NCBI GenBank assembly: GCA_965231765.1 | Contig: OZ246887.1 | Location: 3,980,538 to 4,044,537, forward strand | DNA: 64,000 nucleotides | DNA from: Candidatus Binatia bacterium | Lineage (GTDB): Bacteria > Desulfobacterota > Binatia > Bin18 | Direction of reading: 5' to 3' | Shown here: positions 20,884 through 30,307 of the stretch, piece by piece | How the letters are laid out: each line of letters starts with the position of its first letter | Position numbering within the stretch: position 1 is the first letter of the stretch | The notes under the pieces: model-generated | What the model was told of the DNA's origin: nothing | What the model saw: the letters and a program-made list of their open reading frames with translations, nothing else | Database searches by the model: none | Made by a program: the position numbers and the translations under genes

Positions 20884-21197
20884 CGTACAAATTGATTGAG
20901 TGGAATCTCGGCTTTGGGTACGCTGACGTTATTGAACGCCTGGCAAAAATGCTTAATACAATAGGGAGCACGTATACTCAGGAAATAACAGATTCAAAAG
21001 CCGTCTTCCACGCTCGTCTTCCCTACGGTCGCCTCGAACTCAGTGCCCGTCCTGCGTCTGTGCCAAAGAGCTCGGCGCTCCTCCAAGCGGTCAGACACCG
21101 GACGTTCCTTGGGATCACGTTCATAGAAGTCAGTCCTGAAGACGAAAAAGACTTTATGCAGCGCTTAACGATTGCCTTTTTGCGGGTCGGGGGTTGA
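20880..21197 (+). CDS. Small hypothetical protein (105 aa), translationally coupled between the two GT2 genes
   Basis: GTG start overlapping upstream TGA (GTGA) with GAGGAGGAAGG RBS. Stop overlaps next ATG (TGATG). Confidence 0.4.
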   Translation: MTYKLIEWNLGFGYADVIERLAKMLNTIGSTYTQEITDSKAVFHARLPYGRLELSARPASVPKSSALLQAVRHRTFLGITFIEVSPEDEKDFMQRLTIAFLRVGG

Positions 21198-21874
21198 TGC
21201 GTATCTCTGTGATTATCCCGACGCTCAACGAAGCGGAAACGATTGCGGACACTTTGGTTCAGGTGCGCCGGGCTGGAGACTGTGAGGTGATCGTTGTCGA
21301 TGGTGGCAGCAACGACGCAACGCCTGACCTTGCTCGTGACCAAGCTGATACGTTCTTAACTGCTGGACGAGGACGAGCCAGGCAAATGAATGTTGGGGCT
21401 CAAGCGGCAAGCGGTGATGTCCTCCTCTTTTTGCATGCCGATACTGTTCTCCCGCACGGATTTCCTGGCATACTTGAACAGGCACTGGCTGAGCCAGCAG
21501 TGATTGCTGGTCGATTTGAGGTGCGGCTGGGCGCCCCAGGCTGGCCTTTTCGGATGGTCGAGATGCTGATGAATATCCGCTCGCGTCTGTCGCATATTGC
21601 GACTGGCGATCAGGCAATCTTTGTGCGGCGTGAGGTCTTTCTTCACTTAGGTGGATATCATGAGGCGGAGTTAATGGAGGACTTGGAACTGAGCTATCGC
21701 CTCAAACGACAAGGAAAAATTGCCTGTCTGCGTGAGCGGGTCGTGACATCAGCTCGGCGCTGGCAGCGCAACGGGATTGCACGGACTATCGTGCTGATGT
21801 GGGCTCTACGATTTTGCTACTTTGTGGGAATACCGCCGAATTATTTGAAGACGTTTTACGCAGATACACGCTGA
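21197..21874 (+). CDS. GT2 glycosyltransferase, TIGR04283-like subfamily
   Basis: ISVIIPTLNEAETI...VIVVDGGSNDAT...LFLHADTVLP. C-terminal part matches TIGR04283-type GT2s (RRWQRNGIARTIVLMW). Confidence 0.65.
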   Translation: MRISVIIPTLNEAETIADTLVQVRRAGDCEVIVVDGGSNDATPDLARDQADTFLTAGRGRARQMNVGAQAASGDVLLFLHADTVLPHGFPGILEQALAEPAVIAGRFEVRLGAPGWPFRMVEMLMNIRSRLSHIATGDQAIFVRREVFLHLGGYHEAELMEDLELSYRLKRQGKIACLRERVVTSARRWQRNGIARTIVLMWALRFCYFVGIPPNYLKTFYADTR

Positions 21875-21966
21875 GAACAGGGGCAGGCTCTAGGCTGTAG
21901 GGATTGTTTGAACCCTGGAATCTGTCTTCCTCCCCATAGCCTTCAGCCCAAAGCCTTTTCCAGCTG

Positions 21967-22890
21967 TTACTGAATCGTGCCCTCGTAAATTCCCATAACC
22001 GTATCGAGGAATTTCAGCCCGTCCTCTTTCGAACGTTGGAAGGAGTTCCGTCCAATAATCGACCCAAACCCACCACCATCACGGATGGCCCGGACTTCGC
22101 CCAAGAATTCTTCGTCGCCTTTAGCTGGGCCACCAGAGAAAATGACAATCCGTTTGTTGTTAAACGCACTCTGGACAACATGACGAATACGGTCGGCCAG
22201 GGTGTCAATCGGCACGTGGTGCTTCTGGTAGGCTTTTTCTGCTTCAGATTGCTCAATGTGTGCCGAAGGAGGTTTGACTTTAATAATATGTGCGCCCAGT
22301 TGGGCAGCAATCTGGGCGGCATAAGCAACAACGTCGATTGCCGTCTCGCCCGCTTTGCTCAGCGATGTCCCACGTGGGTACGACCACACCACCACGGGCA
22401 GCCCCTTGGATTTGGCTTCCTTCGTTATCTCACGCAGCTGTTCATACATGACTTGGGCGGCTGCCGAGCCTGGGTAGATAGTGAAACCAACCGCCGCGCA
22501 GCCGAGCCGTAAGGCATCGTCTACACTCGCTGTCACCGCTGACAGGGGATCTTTTTCGTCGTTCAGGCTATCGTGATTATTGAGCTTCAGGATAGTCGGA
22601 ATCCGGTCCAGAAATTTGTCCGCGCCTGCCTCAATAAAACCCAGTGGAGCAGCATAAGCATTACAGCCAGCGTCGAGGGCCAATTGGAAATGGTAATCTG
22701 GATCATAGCCGGATGGGTTAGGTGCAAAACTGCGAGCTGGACCATGTTCGAAGCCCTGGTCGACGGGAAGAATAACAAGCCTCCCGGTGCCGCCTAAACG
22801 TCCACTCTGTAACAATCGTGCAATGTTGGCACGCGTGCCTGGGTTGTCGCCATCATACCAGCTCAGAATCTCACGAACGCGTTCAGTCAT
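21967..22890 (-). CDS. fbaB: Class I fructose-bisphosphate aldolase, archaeal/DhnA type (DeoC/FbaB family)
   Basis: RLVILPVDQGFEHGP...Schiff-base Lys region IIKVKPP...RIVIFSGGP...GGFGSIIGRN. Start at ATG 22890 with GGAGGT RBS. Confidence 0.8.
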   Translation of the reverse strand: MTERVREILSWYDGDNPGTRANIARLLQSGRLGGTGRLVILPVDQGFEHGPARSFAPNPSGYDPDYHFQLALDAGCNAYAAPLGFIEAGADKFLDRIPTILKLNNHDSLNDEKDPLSAVTASVDDALRLGCAAVGFTIYPGSAAAQVMYEQLREITKEAKSKGLPVVVWSYPRGTSLSKAGETAIDVVAYAAQIAAQLGAHIIKVKPPSAHIEQSEAEKAYQKHHVPIDTLADRIRHVVQSAFNNKRIVIFSGGPAKGDEEFLGEVRAIRDGGGFGSIIGRNSFQRSKEDGLKFLDTVMGIYEGTIQ

Positions 22891-23193
22891 ACTACTACCT
22901 CCATTGCCCACCCCCTCAAAACGTTCATATTATCCGGGGATGCACGAGCAAGTTTTTACCACATTACGATTCCGCAACATCACTAGAATCAAATAAGACT
23001 CGTATCTTGACACCGGAACCTGAGACAAAAGAGCCCTGCGGAAAGATGAGGAGGAGAGGTGGCTAGGGAAGAGGCTGGCTGAGTTCCGTGTGTCTGTCGA
23101 ACCTGTGTTCCGATCGTCTGTACTTGGGACCACTTTCTATTACAGCTCTTATTCTCGGGTCAAGTAGAGGCGACGTTGCGGTCTTCCTCTGAG

Positions 23194-24192
23194 CTATGTA
23201 TAGAACGATTCCGCCGTCTCCACATCCTTTGCACTGCCGATTAATAGCGGAGTCCGCTGATGGAGGCTGGTTGGTTGGATATCCCGGATTTGTTCAGTCC
23301 CATTGCTGGCCCGACCACCTGCCTGCTCAGCAACCATTCCCAAGGGAGCGGCTTCGTACATCAGACGCAGTTTGCCGTTGGTATTTTTGGGATCGGCCGC
23401 ATACAGGAAGATGCCGCCTTTCAACAGCGTCCGATGAAAATCGGCGACGAGGGAGCCGATGTAGCGACCGGAATACGGCCGTTTGGTGGCTTTATCACTC
23501 TCTTGCAGATAGTCGATATATCCACGGGTCGAGGGGAACCATTCGTTGCGACGCCCTTCGTTAATGCTATACGTCGAGCCACGTTCGGGAAGGCGTATGT
23601 TTTCATGCGACAGCAAGAAGTCGCCAATGCCACGATCTAGAGTAAATCCATGCACACCCTGGCCTGTTGTATAGACTAAGGTCGTACTCGGGCCGTAGAG
23701 TGCATAACCGGCTGCAACTTGGTCACGGCCACGCATATGCAGAGCTTCAACAAGATCAGCGCCTGTTTTTCCCGCAGGACGACGATGCACGGAAAAGATT
23801 GAGCCAACCGTTACATTGACATCCAGGTTTGAGGAACCATCAAGCGGATCAACAAAAATAACGTATTTGCCTTTTGCCTGATTCCCTTGAATCGCGGCTG
23901 GCTGTTCCATCTCTTCGGAGACCATTTCCGATACCAGTTGACCATTTGCAAACGCAGCCAGGAAGGCATCATTGCTGATCTGGTCAAGCTTTTGTTGGAC
24001 TTCGCCCTGAATATTAATCTCGCCAGAGTCACCCAAAACGTCCGCTAAACCAGCTCGGCCGAGTTCTCGAGCAATAGTTTTGGCGGCAAACGCGATTTGA
24101 GACAATAACATGGAGAATTCACCGGTTGCACCGGAATGCTCCTGCTGTTGCATGAGAAGATAACGGGTTAGTGTAATGCTTGTCTTTTCCAT
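23194..24192 (-). CDS. fbp: Fructose-1,6-bisphosphatase class I
   Basis: ITLTRYLL..., DPLDGSSNLDVN, GSIFS, YIGSLVADFHRTLLKGGIF motifs. 332 aa. Confidence 0.85.
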   Translation of the reverse strand: MEKTSITLTRYLLMQQQEHSGATGEFSMLLSQIAFAAKTIARELGRAGLADVLGDSGEINIQGEVQQKLDQISNDAFLAAFANGQLVSEMVSEEMEQPAAIQGNQAKGKYVIFVDPLDGSSNLDVNVTVGSIFSVHRRPAGKTGADLVEALHMRGRDQVAAGYALYGPSTTLVYTTGQGVHGFTLDRGIGDFLLSHENIRLPERGSTYSINEGRRNEWFPSTRGYIDYLQESDKATKRPYSGRYIGSLVADFHRTLLKGGIFLYAADPKNTNGKLRLMYEAAPLGMVAEQAGGRASNGTEQIRDIQPTSLHQRTPLLIGSAKDVETAESFYT

Positions 24193-24298
24193 TCTCTCAC
24201 CCTCCTACAAAAGAAGCCCCTTTTCCTTCTAGTATCATAAGAGGCAAGCTTGGTCCAAAAAGACAAAAGAATAAGAGGACGGCAAGACCGACCGACAG

Positions 24299-27200
24299 TT
24301 AGTCGGTCGGTCGGTGTGACAGGACTTCACTCAGCATGAAAGCACTCTGTGCCTGGAAAGGAGGACTGTGCATCTGCTCAGCCAGTTGGAGGGCGCTCTC
24401 TAGGTGTGCGTGAGCTGCTTCCTGGTCAGAGAGGTCATCTTGGCTCACGATACGACCGAGTATCATATGGGCCAGGTACAGGAACCAGCGACTTTCACTT
24501 TTCTCGGCTTGGATGAGAACGGCTTGCGCAATCTGGAGCGCTTCCTGTGTCCGGCCCATATGCAGCAGAGCTTCGGCAAACCACGTGCCAATCAATTCAT
24601 AGTATACCCCTTTCTCGTTCCATGTCTTGGCCAAGTCCGAGATGGGGTATGAGGAGACATTTCCTGTCGAGGAAACGGCGGCAAGAATCAAGAAATACTC
24701 TTGGACAGCCCCTGCCATCAGCAGGGAAGCTGGCGCGCCGATTTCCCGCATAAGGCGCAGACCATTATCTGCTTCGTGTTGGGAGAGGCTATTCTCCCCT
24801 TGTAAAGCATGCACAAGAGCCATGCCCCAGTGTGACAATGTTTGGGGAACACGTTGGCGGTGATCCTTGGCTACGCTATTGGCTTGACGCAACTGCTGGA
24901 AGCCGAGTGCTGTATCGCCTAAAAATCCATGACAGATACCAGATACGGCAAGACACTGAATATACGGATAGGCGCTCCTCGTCGGCTGTGTGTCTAAAAG
25001 TTTGTGTTGGGTGATAAGCGCCAGCCCGGCCTCGGCAATCTGCAATCCCTCCTCAAAACGACCGGCCAGCCACAGCAGGTGGGCCAGTGGGCCATGCGCT
25101 CGGACTTGAGCGACAATATCGGTCCGCTCAGCCGTCAGGTGATATGCCGTCTGGGCATATGGCAAGCCTGCTCGTGGGCGTCCCCACAAGACATACGTGC
25201 TGGCTACAGTGGCATGCACAGTAGCCAGCAGACGGTGGTCCTCTAGACGCAGGCAAGCCGTTTCAGCCTGGGTAAATTGAGCCTGGATTTGTTCATCGTC
25301 ACTGTTTTGGCGTGACAGCAGCGTAATAAGATGTAAACGTGTTCGGACTTCGAGTTGGTCTCGCTCTGCACTGTGGGGCATTGTCGCGAGTAACGCTAAA
25401 TGCTCCTCCCAAAAGTGCCGGGCATCGGTATCAGCGGACAACTCAACGGAGCGCAGGCCAGCCGAATACAGATACTGTTCGGCTTTGTGTGTGGTGGTGC
25501 TACGGCTGTAGTGATAGGCCAAGGTCGTCACATATTCTTGTAGCTTATCGGCGTAGAGCGTTTCGATTGCAGCACCTACGGCGGCGTGGAGCTCAGCTCG
25601 GGATTCTTGCAGGAGAGAGTTGTACGCGACTTCTTGGGTCAGGGCATGCTTAAAGGCGAAGATGGTATCGGGGTAGACGGCCACTTCATATACAAATTCA
25701 CGTGCGTGAAGAGCGCTGCAGGCCTGATCCAGAGTATTCTCCGACCAGCCCAGCACCTGGGCAAGCAGGGGGCGGGAAAACTCTCGACCAATCACTGAGG
25801 CGGTCTGTAGGAGCTTCTTAAAGAGCGGATCAAGGCGGTCGAGCCGACTGGCCAACACACCTTGGACGGTTTCCGGTAAGGCTCGTTCAGACAAGGGGCG
25901 GACCAAATGATACTGGCGATTCTGACGGTACCTTCCCGCAGACCCATCCAGGATGCCGCTTTCTTGCAAATGCTGGACAATTTCTTCGAGAAAAAACGGA
26001 TTGCCGCCACTCTTGTCACTGATTAAAGGGGTCAGTGGTGTGACTGGTGAATCGGTGCCGAGCAGAGCCGTTAATAAAGATTCCGTCGAATCCTGCTGGA
26101 GGGCCGTCAGCTGGAGACGCTGGGCAAACGATTGATTTTCCCAGGGGTAATGCTGACTTGTCTGATTTGTCTGGTCTGGACGATACGACAGCAGCAATAG
26201 GACGGGAAAAGCCGCAACGGTAGATGTCAGGGAGTGCAAGAAGTCGAGACTATGGGTGTCGAGCCAGTGTAAATCTTCAAGCAGAAAGGCGACCGGCTGG
26301 CGTCGGCTTTCTGCAACAATCAACTGTTTTGTCCCCTGGACAAACTTCTGGAGCCGAACCTCAGGGGATACGCTTAGCATGCTTGGGTCATGGCTCTCGA
26401 TGCCTAATAATTCAAGAAAGACGGACTCATATTCTTGCAACGAGTGGTTGGCGGCAACGAGTTTTCTATGCACCTTGTCTCGGTACATCTGTGGATCATC
26501 CTGGTCGCTAATGTGCGCATAACGCTTAAACATTTCGATCCACGGCAGGTATGCACGCGTTTTTCCATACGGAAAGGCAGCTCCTTCGATGAGCAGATAA
26601 TTATGGTTCTGCAGAGTTGATTTGAGCTCTTCCAACAGGCGTGATTTCCCGACCCCGACCTCACCAACCAGAGAGACAATTTGTCCCTGGCCACGAGCCG
26701 CGAGTGCCACGAGTTCGTGTAAATGGGCGAGTTCTCTGGCCCGGCCTACTAAAGGGGATAAACCCTGTGTGGCACGCGCCGCCAAACGCGAATGTGAGGC
26801 ATTGGGGGCGAGGAGTTCATACGTTTCAAGTGGGGTAGACACACCTTTGACTTTGACTGGTCCTTTGGCTGCCAGCTGAAACGAATCGTGGACCAAGCGA
26901 TAGGTATGGGCGGTGACCAAGGTCGCTCCAGCAGGGGCCAGCGACTCCATACGGGCAGCCAGGCCAACGGCGTGACCGACTGCGGAATAATCCATGCACA
27001 GATCATTGCCAATCGTTCGAACCACAACCTCACCAGTATTAATCCCAATCCGTATTTGTAGCGGGATACCGTGACTTTGGCGTATCTCGACGGCATACCG
27101 GTTGACAAGGTCATGCATATAGAGCGCGGCATACGAGGCACGCTGGGGATGATCTTCGAGAGCCAGAGGAGCACCAAAGAGAGCCATAATGCCATCGCCT

Positions 27201-27676
27201 AGGATGCGATTAACCGTACCCTCAAACCGATAGACTGCTCGCATCATGAGTTGGAGGCAGGGGTCAAGCAGCTGTTTCGCCTCTTCGGGGTCGAGGCTCT
27301 CCATGATGTCCATGGAGCCTCTGATATCGGTGAAGAGAACAGTGACGATTTTGCGTTCGCCTTCAAGAGCTGCCTTGCCGGACAGAATCCGGTCGGCAAG
27401 ATAGTTCGGCGTACGGTCTATAGGCGACTGAGAGTTCTGGAGAGGGGGGTGGGGATGCAGGATCTGAGGTTGAGCGGGCAAGACTGGAGAGGCTGGCTGC
27501 GCATTGGAAAATGGTATTGTCGCTGTAGTCAAGGCAGTTCCACACTCGCCACAGAATTTTTTTCCGACCAGAATATGTGTTCCACAACTGGGACACACAA
27601 GACCGAGTCTGGTCCCGCATTCTTCACAGAACTTGATCCCCTCCCGATTGGACGTTCCACATTTTGTACACTGCAT
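24299..27676 (-). CDS. Multidomain signalling protein: double zinc-ribbon + class III adenylate/guanylate cyclase + STAND/AAA ATPase + TPR repeats
   Basis: CTKCGTSN...CEECG...CPSCG...CGECG, then cyclase domain (VTVLFTDIRGS...ILGDGIMALFG...GINTGEVVV), P-loop GEVGVGKS, long helical TPR C-terminus. Start at ATG 27676 after GGGAGGGGG. Confidence 0.75.
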   Translation of the reverse strand: MQCTKCGTSNREGIKFCEECGTRLGLVCPSCGTHILVGKKFCGECGTALTTATIPFSNAQPASPVLPAQPQILHPHPPLQNSQSPIDRTPNYLADRILSGKAALEGERKIVTVLFTDIRGSMDIMESLDPEEAKQLLDPCLQLMMRAVYRFEGTVNRILGDGIMALFGAPLALEDHPQRASYAALYMHDLVNRYAVEIRQSHGIPLQIRIGINTGEVVVRTIGNDLCMDYSAVGHAVGLAARMESLAPAGATLVTAHTYRLVHDSFQLAAKGPVKVKGVSTPLETYELLAPNASHSRLAARATQGLSPLVGRARELAHLHELVALAARGQGQIVSLVGEVGVGKSRLLEELKSTLQNHNYLLIEGAAFPYGKTRAYLPWIEMFKRYAHISDQDDPQMYRDKVHRKLVAANHSLQEYESVFLELLGIESHDPSMLSVSPEVRLQKFVQGTKQLIVAESRRQPVAFLLEDLHWLDTHSLDFLHSLTSTVAAFPVLLLLSYRPDQTNQTSQHYPWENQSFAQRLQLTALQQDSTESLLTALLGTDSPVTPLTPLISDKSGGNPFFLEEIVQHLQESGILDGSAGRYRQNRQYHLVRPLSERALPETVQGVLASRLDRLDPLFKKLLQTASVIGREFSRPLLAQVLGWSENTLDQACSALHAREFVYEVAVYPDTIFAFKHALTQEVAYNSLLQESRAELHAAVGAAIETLYADKLQEYVTTLAYHYSRSTTTHKAEQYLYSAGLRSVELSADTDARHFWEEHLALLATMPHSAERDQLEVRTRLHLITLLSRQNSDDEQIQAQFTQAETACLRLEDHRLLATVHATVASTYVLWGRPRAGLPYAQTAYHLTAERTDIVAQVRAHGPLAHLLWLAGRFEEGLQIAEAGLALITQHKLLDTQPTRSAYPYIQCLAVSGICHGFLGDTALGFQQLRQANSVAKDHRQRVPQTLSHWGMALVHALQGENSLSQHEADNGLRLMREIGAPASLLMAGAVQEYFLILAAVSSTGNVSSYPISDLAKTWNEKGVYYELIGTWFAEALLHMGRTQEALQIAQAVLIQAEKSESRWFLYLAHMILGRIVSQDDLSDQEAAHAHLESALQLAEQMHSPPFQAQSAFMLSEVLSHRPTD

Positions 27677-27865
27677 AAGCGGATCCCCCTCCCAGGGTAT
27701 GACTGACTTTTGCTGTATAAATCGCGCCAACTATGTGCCAGATAGCAAGAGTAGGTTTTTTAAGGAGTGAGGGCTGACAAGGAGAGATGCGTGTCGACGT
27801 TGGTTGACACGCATGGAGTTGAGACTCATGATCGCGTATTCGCTCTGCTGCGGCTTGTGGATGAG

Positions 27866-28690
27866 TTAGCGAATCAGGAATTGGGTGATAATTTCAGCCA
27901 CATGTTGGGGCTGTTCGAGTAACAGGCCATGGGCTGAGTCTGGAACTGGGGCAACTTCTGCCCCAGGAATACGGTCTTTGAACAGAGTCGCGAGCGCCGG
28001 CGGGGACATGCGATCCTGGTTGGCCCAAATGAGCTGGGTTGGAGCCGAGATACGAAACAGACGGTCTTTGAGGCGGGGGTTGTACAGATAGGGTGGCTTC
28101 CAACCCAGTCTGGCTGCGACCATCTGGGCTTTATAGAACATGAAATTCGCTTCTGGGGTCATGTCATCCGGGATGGCTCCCATCGCCAGTTCAGAATTGG
28201 GATCTTGAAAGATCAGCTCGCGGACTTCGTGCTGTCCGCCTTCGGCTTTGGGTGTGACCGCATAAAAGAAGTTGCCAATCCGCGCCTCAGGGGTGGAAAT
28301 TCCCAGCGGGTTAATCAGCACGAGCTTCTGTAAACGATGCGAGTAGCGGGTCGCAAATTCTGTTGCAACCCAGCCGCCCAGGGAAGAGCCAACCAGGTTG
28401 ACTCGATCGATACTCAGGCTATCCAACACATCAAGGCAGAAAAAAACTGCGTCCTCGATATTTTCAAGATCGTCAAAGCCTTCACTGTCGGCATAACCAG
28501 GCAGCGCCGGTGCGCAAAAGGAAAAGGAGGCAGCCAGAGCCTCATGAAAGGCAGTAAAGCCGCTCGGGTCGGGGACACTATGAATATCGGCCACGATTCC
28601 ATGCAGATACAGGACTGGAGCGCCGCTGCCACCCCGGAGGAGTTGAATAGTGTTGCCACGCACGGAGAGCGTCTCGGTCGTCAAAGCCAT
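27866..28690 (-). CDS. Alpha/beta-hydrolase fold protein
   Basis: HGxxxD...GSSLGG nucleophile elbow (NLVGSSLGGWVA), 275 aa from ATG 28690. Co-oriented and overlapping stop/start with upstream LLM oxidoreductase. Confidence 0.65.
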   Translation of the reverse strand: MALTTETLSVRGNTIQLLRGGSGAPVLYLHGIVADIHSVPDPSGFTAFHEALAASFSFCAPALPGYADSEGFDDLENIEDAVFFCLDVLDSLSIDRVNLVGSSLGGWVATEFATRYSHRLQKLVLINPLGISTPEARIGNFFYAVTPKAEGGQHEVRELIFQDPNSELAMGAIPDDMTPEANFMFYKAQMVAARLGWKPPYLYNPRLKDRLFRISAPTQLIWANQDRMSPPALATLFKDRIPGAEVAPVPDSAHGLLLEQPQHVAEIITQFLIR

Positions 28691-28761
28691 AATACTGTTC
28701 CTGTTGGGCGTGAGATATAAAGACACACAGGCAGGGCGGTCTGCAAACCGCCCCGTCTCCA

Positions 28762-30003
28762 CTAGGCGTGGACCTCAGCCTGCCCAGCCTGCCTAGTCTG
28801 GACACCCGGTAGAGAGGCAAAGTCTGCATCGGCGTGTTTCCGGACATACGGAAACACATCGTTGGCCAGGAATTCCATATTTTTCCGGGTCAGATGATCG
28901 GGCAAACTCCCAAACTGCGGCAGCGCAAGAATATGGCCGACTTTAAATTCGAGCACATATTTCAGGAGTTTCTCGCGTACGGTTTCCGGACTGCCGATGA
29001 GGACCGAGCCCCCCGCTTCGACGTCATCCCACGTCTGGGCGTGGCCTAATTGCCACTTTGCGTAGCCACTGCCCCCAGCATTGAGTTCCTGCAAGCGCTG
29101 CAACGACTTGAGCGAGGTATAACCTGGCGGCATCCACGTCCGGCCTTTCCCAGCAAAACCTTTAATGAGCTTATCGATAAAATACCAAATATGCTCCTCC
29201 GCTTCCTCACGTGCTTTTTGGTCGGTTTCAGCCACATACATCGGGACCAGCCAGCCTAACATTTCCGGGTGATACGGATTCTTGCCCACTCGCTCAACAG
29301 TTTGTTGAAAGAAGGCTGCGTTCTGGCGGAACGAATCGACGTGGGAGTAGGTTAAGGCGGCATAGGTGAAACCGCGTTCCGCTACCAGTTCCATGGTCTC
29401 CACACTCCCGACGCCGGGAATCCAGATGGGCGGATGGGGCTGCTGCACCGGCTGGGGCCAGACGTTGCAGTACTGGAGTTGAAAATGTTTGCCATCCCAG
29501 GTGAACGGGCCTGGATCGGTCCAGGCTTTGATGATCAGGTCAGTTGCTTCCCGGAAACGCTCACGGGCATACGTCGGGTTGATATTGTACGAGTAGTATT
29601 CTGGACCGCCACCAACAACAAAACCCGCATCAAACTTGCCCCGGAACATGTTGTCGAGCATGGCAAACTCTTCAGCGACTTTGAGCGGAACTTCATGCAG
29701 CGGCAAACCGTTGCCCAAAACCATTACCCGACCGTTCTTGACCCGTTGGGACAGCGCCGCAGCGATCAAGTTTGGGGATGGCATAATACCATAGGCATTC
29801 TGGTGATGTTCGTTGATGACCACGCCGTCAAAGCCGATTTCATCTGCATAAGCCAGCTGGTTAATATACTGATGATACACCTCTGGCCCTCGTTCTGGAT
29901 CAAAGAGCCCATTTGAGCAGGTGACCCAGGCCGTGTCGTAGTTGTCTTCAAAATTATCCGGCAAATGCGGCCAGGGCATTAAGTGGAACATCCAAAATTT
30001 CAT
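28762..30003 (-). CDS. Luciferase-like monooxygenase (LLM) class flavin/deazaflavin-dependent oxidoreductase
   Basis: 413 aa with TIM-barrel LLM pattern (GFDGVVINEHH...). Cofactor (FMN vs F420) not decidable from sequence. Confidence 0.65.
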   Translation of the reverse strand: MKFWMFHLMPWPHLPDNFEDNYDTAWVTCSNGLFDPERGPEVYHQYINQLAYADEIGFDGVVINEHHQNAYGIMPSPNLIAAALSQRVKNGRVMVLGNGLPLHEVPLKVAEEFAMLDNMFRGKFDAGFVVGGGPEYYSYNINPTYARERFREATDLIIKAWTDPGPFTWDGKHFQLQYCNVWPQPVQQPHPPIWIPGVGSVETMELVAERGFTYAALTYSHVDSFRQNAAFFQQTVERVGKNPYHPEMLGWLVPMYVAETDQKAREEAEEHIWYFIDKLIKGFAGKGRTWMPPGYTSLKSLQRLQELNAGGSGYAKWQLGHAQTWDDVEAGGSVLIGSPETVREKLLKYVLEFKVGHILALPQFGSLPDHLTRKNMEFLANDVFPYVRKHADADFASLPGVQTRQAGQAEVHA

Positions 30004-30120
30004 CGCGCCTCCTCATGAACGAGCGTTCAGGTGTGATCTAGCATAGCAGTGCGGCATTGCAAGGGGCTGGATCCAATAGAGATCGAGCATTGCTCAGGAA
30101 AGGAAAATCTGTACGATCAG

Positions 30121-30156
30121 CAATCCCATGTCCAATCCCATGTCCAATCCCATGTC
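30121..30156. repeat. Perfect 12-bp direct tandem repeat (caatcccatgtc) x3 in the divergent intergenic region
   Basis: caatcccatgtccaatcccatgtccaatcccatgtc followed by degenerate tcagtccgctgcatgtcc. Lies between the minus-strand LLM gene start (30003) and the plus-strand esterase start (30308). Confidence 0.85.
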
Positions 30157-30307
30157 TCAGTCCGCTGCATGTCCGGGATTCTCATTATGCCCAGGTCGAT
30201 GTGCTGGTTACGTTTTTCTGTCTACGTGTGTTTGTCGCGTCTGCTGGTATCTCGGCCATACGCCAGCTACAATTTGGAGCCATATCAAGAAATAAGGAGG
30301 GATAGAC

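Noticed and set aside
30121-30156. Possible CRISPR array
   Set aside because: Units are directly abutting 12-mers with no spacers, only 3 copies. A simple tandem repeat, not CRISPR.
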